Origin: Macrostomum hystrix
Lineage: Eukaryota; Animalia; Platyhelminthes
Direction of reading: 5' to 3'
DNA length: 64,000 bases
Assembly (NCBI GenBank): GCA_950097015.1
Contig: CATNEN010000013.1
Coordinates: 744,001-808,000, forward strand
Shown: positions 62,627 to 64,000 of the stretch, piece by piece
Layout of the letters: every line of letters starts with the position of its first letter
Position numbering within the stretch: position 1 is the stretch's first letter
Translations under genes and position numbers: made by a program
The notes under the pieces: generated by a model
Seen by the model: only the letters and a program-made list of their open reading frames with translations
Database searches by the model: none
Told to the model about the DNA's origin: nothing

Positions 62627-63399
62627 GTGAGCTCTTGAGTCTAGCATGTGCTCAGATTCTGTCTTAGGGGAGGGGGTCGTCTCTCATGGCCGCAAACTGC
62701 ATGGCCACAACAAACAATCTGCTTGATTTCAGATCAAATCAAGAATTTTCTATGCATCTTTGATGACTACATTTGATTAGCAAACTGACCCTAAATGATA
62801 AATATTTTATTAGAACAGACCTACAGCTTGATCTAGATGTCAGATGAAACAGTACTTTAACATATTTCTGTTCAGTTATCCCCTTCCATGTCTGCATGGG
62901 TGCTTCTGAAAACGGACCAGAAAGCTATTGCTAGCACACGGCGACCACAAATCTTTTCTTAGAATAGCGACCAGTTTCTTAGAATGTTCCCAAAACCGCT
63001 GACAAGAGAGCATTGGCGTGGGCACCTGCCCCAATCAATCAATTCCCAGTTTCTAACCTCTAGCAGGCTGAACTGGTTGGGGAATACACACGCGGGAACT
63101 TCCGTAACATTCCTGTCTCACGCTGCTTGGGGGTCATATTTTTTTTCTACGCTAGCAACGCTTTGGTATGATATTTTCAAATTACTAAACATCCAATGAC
63201 TGTAAAACAATGGGCGATGCATTCCAGACATTTCACCAGGGTCGCTACGGCTCGGAGGCGATCACAGCTGTTGCTAGGCGACACAATTCTGGGGACATCA
63301 CCGCCTGTCTAAGAAACGAGGCCTTTATTCTTATGTGAGCCATAGAGTTGACCACCATTGCTTTTTAATCAATTTAGTTATTAATTAATTCACGAATCA

Positions 63400-64000
63400 A
63401 ACGAATCTCATCAGTCCCGTGAGTCCATGTCTCAAATGAGTCCTGGCATCACTCCCATGAGTGCATGACTCAAACGACTCTCATCAGTCCCGTGAGTCCA
63501 TGTCTCAAATGAGTCCTGGCATCACTCCCATGAGTGCATGACTCAAACGACTCTCATCAGTCCCGTGAGTCCATGTCTCAAATGAGTCCTGGCATCACTC
63601 CCATGAGTACATGACTCAAACGACTCTCATCAGTCCCGTGAGTCCATGTCTCAAATGAGACCTGGCATCACTCCCATGAGTACATGACTCAAACGACTCT
63701 CATCAGTCCCGTGAGTCCATGTCTCAAATGAGACCTGGCATCACTCCCATGAGTACATGACTCAAACGACTCTCATCAGTCCCGTGAGTCCATGTCTCAA
63801 ATGAGACCTGGCATCACTCCCATGAGTACATGACTCAAACGACTCTCATCAGTCTCGTGAGTCCATGTCTCAAATGAGACCTGGCATCACTCCCATGAGT
63901 ACATGACTCAAACGACTCTCATCAGTCCCGTGAGTCCATGTCTCAAATGAGACCTGGCATCACTCCCATGAGTACATGACTCAAACGATTCTCATCAGTC
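63400..64000. repeat. 73-bp satellite running off the window end
   Basis: GAGTCCATG recurs at 63421, 63494 and 63567 (period 73). Confidence 0.95.

Overview
Eukaryotic (metazoan) genomic DNA: GC-rich exons, AT-rich introns packed with minisatellites, and many nested transposons. The style suggests a flatworm such as Macrostomum, but that is inference only. Host genes: a 5'-partial FN3/transmembrane receptor, a PTCD1-like PPR protein, a stathmin-like gene (minus), an ELAV/Sxl-type RRM gene and a small SH2 protein. Top observation: the ELAV-type RRM exons splice in phase into a serine dehydratase-like (fold-type II PLP) domain that lacks the Schiff-base lysine, predicting an RRM-RRM-pseudoenzyme fusion in place of the usual third RRM. 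Positions 6.8-20.8 kb hold two abutting P-superfamily elements with three THAP-transposase copies, a 46-bp footprint-like remnant, and a hAT-in-MULE-in-P nest. Also present: a probable RPA70-carrying Helitron end, Chapaev-like, P-type and MULE-type MITEs, SINEs, a LINE 3' fragment, and a very young intact Gypsy element with a PPAG repeat tail. All splice models and alignments were read by eye; no searches were run.
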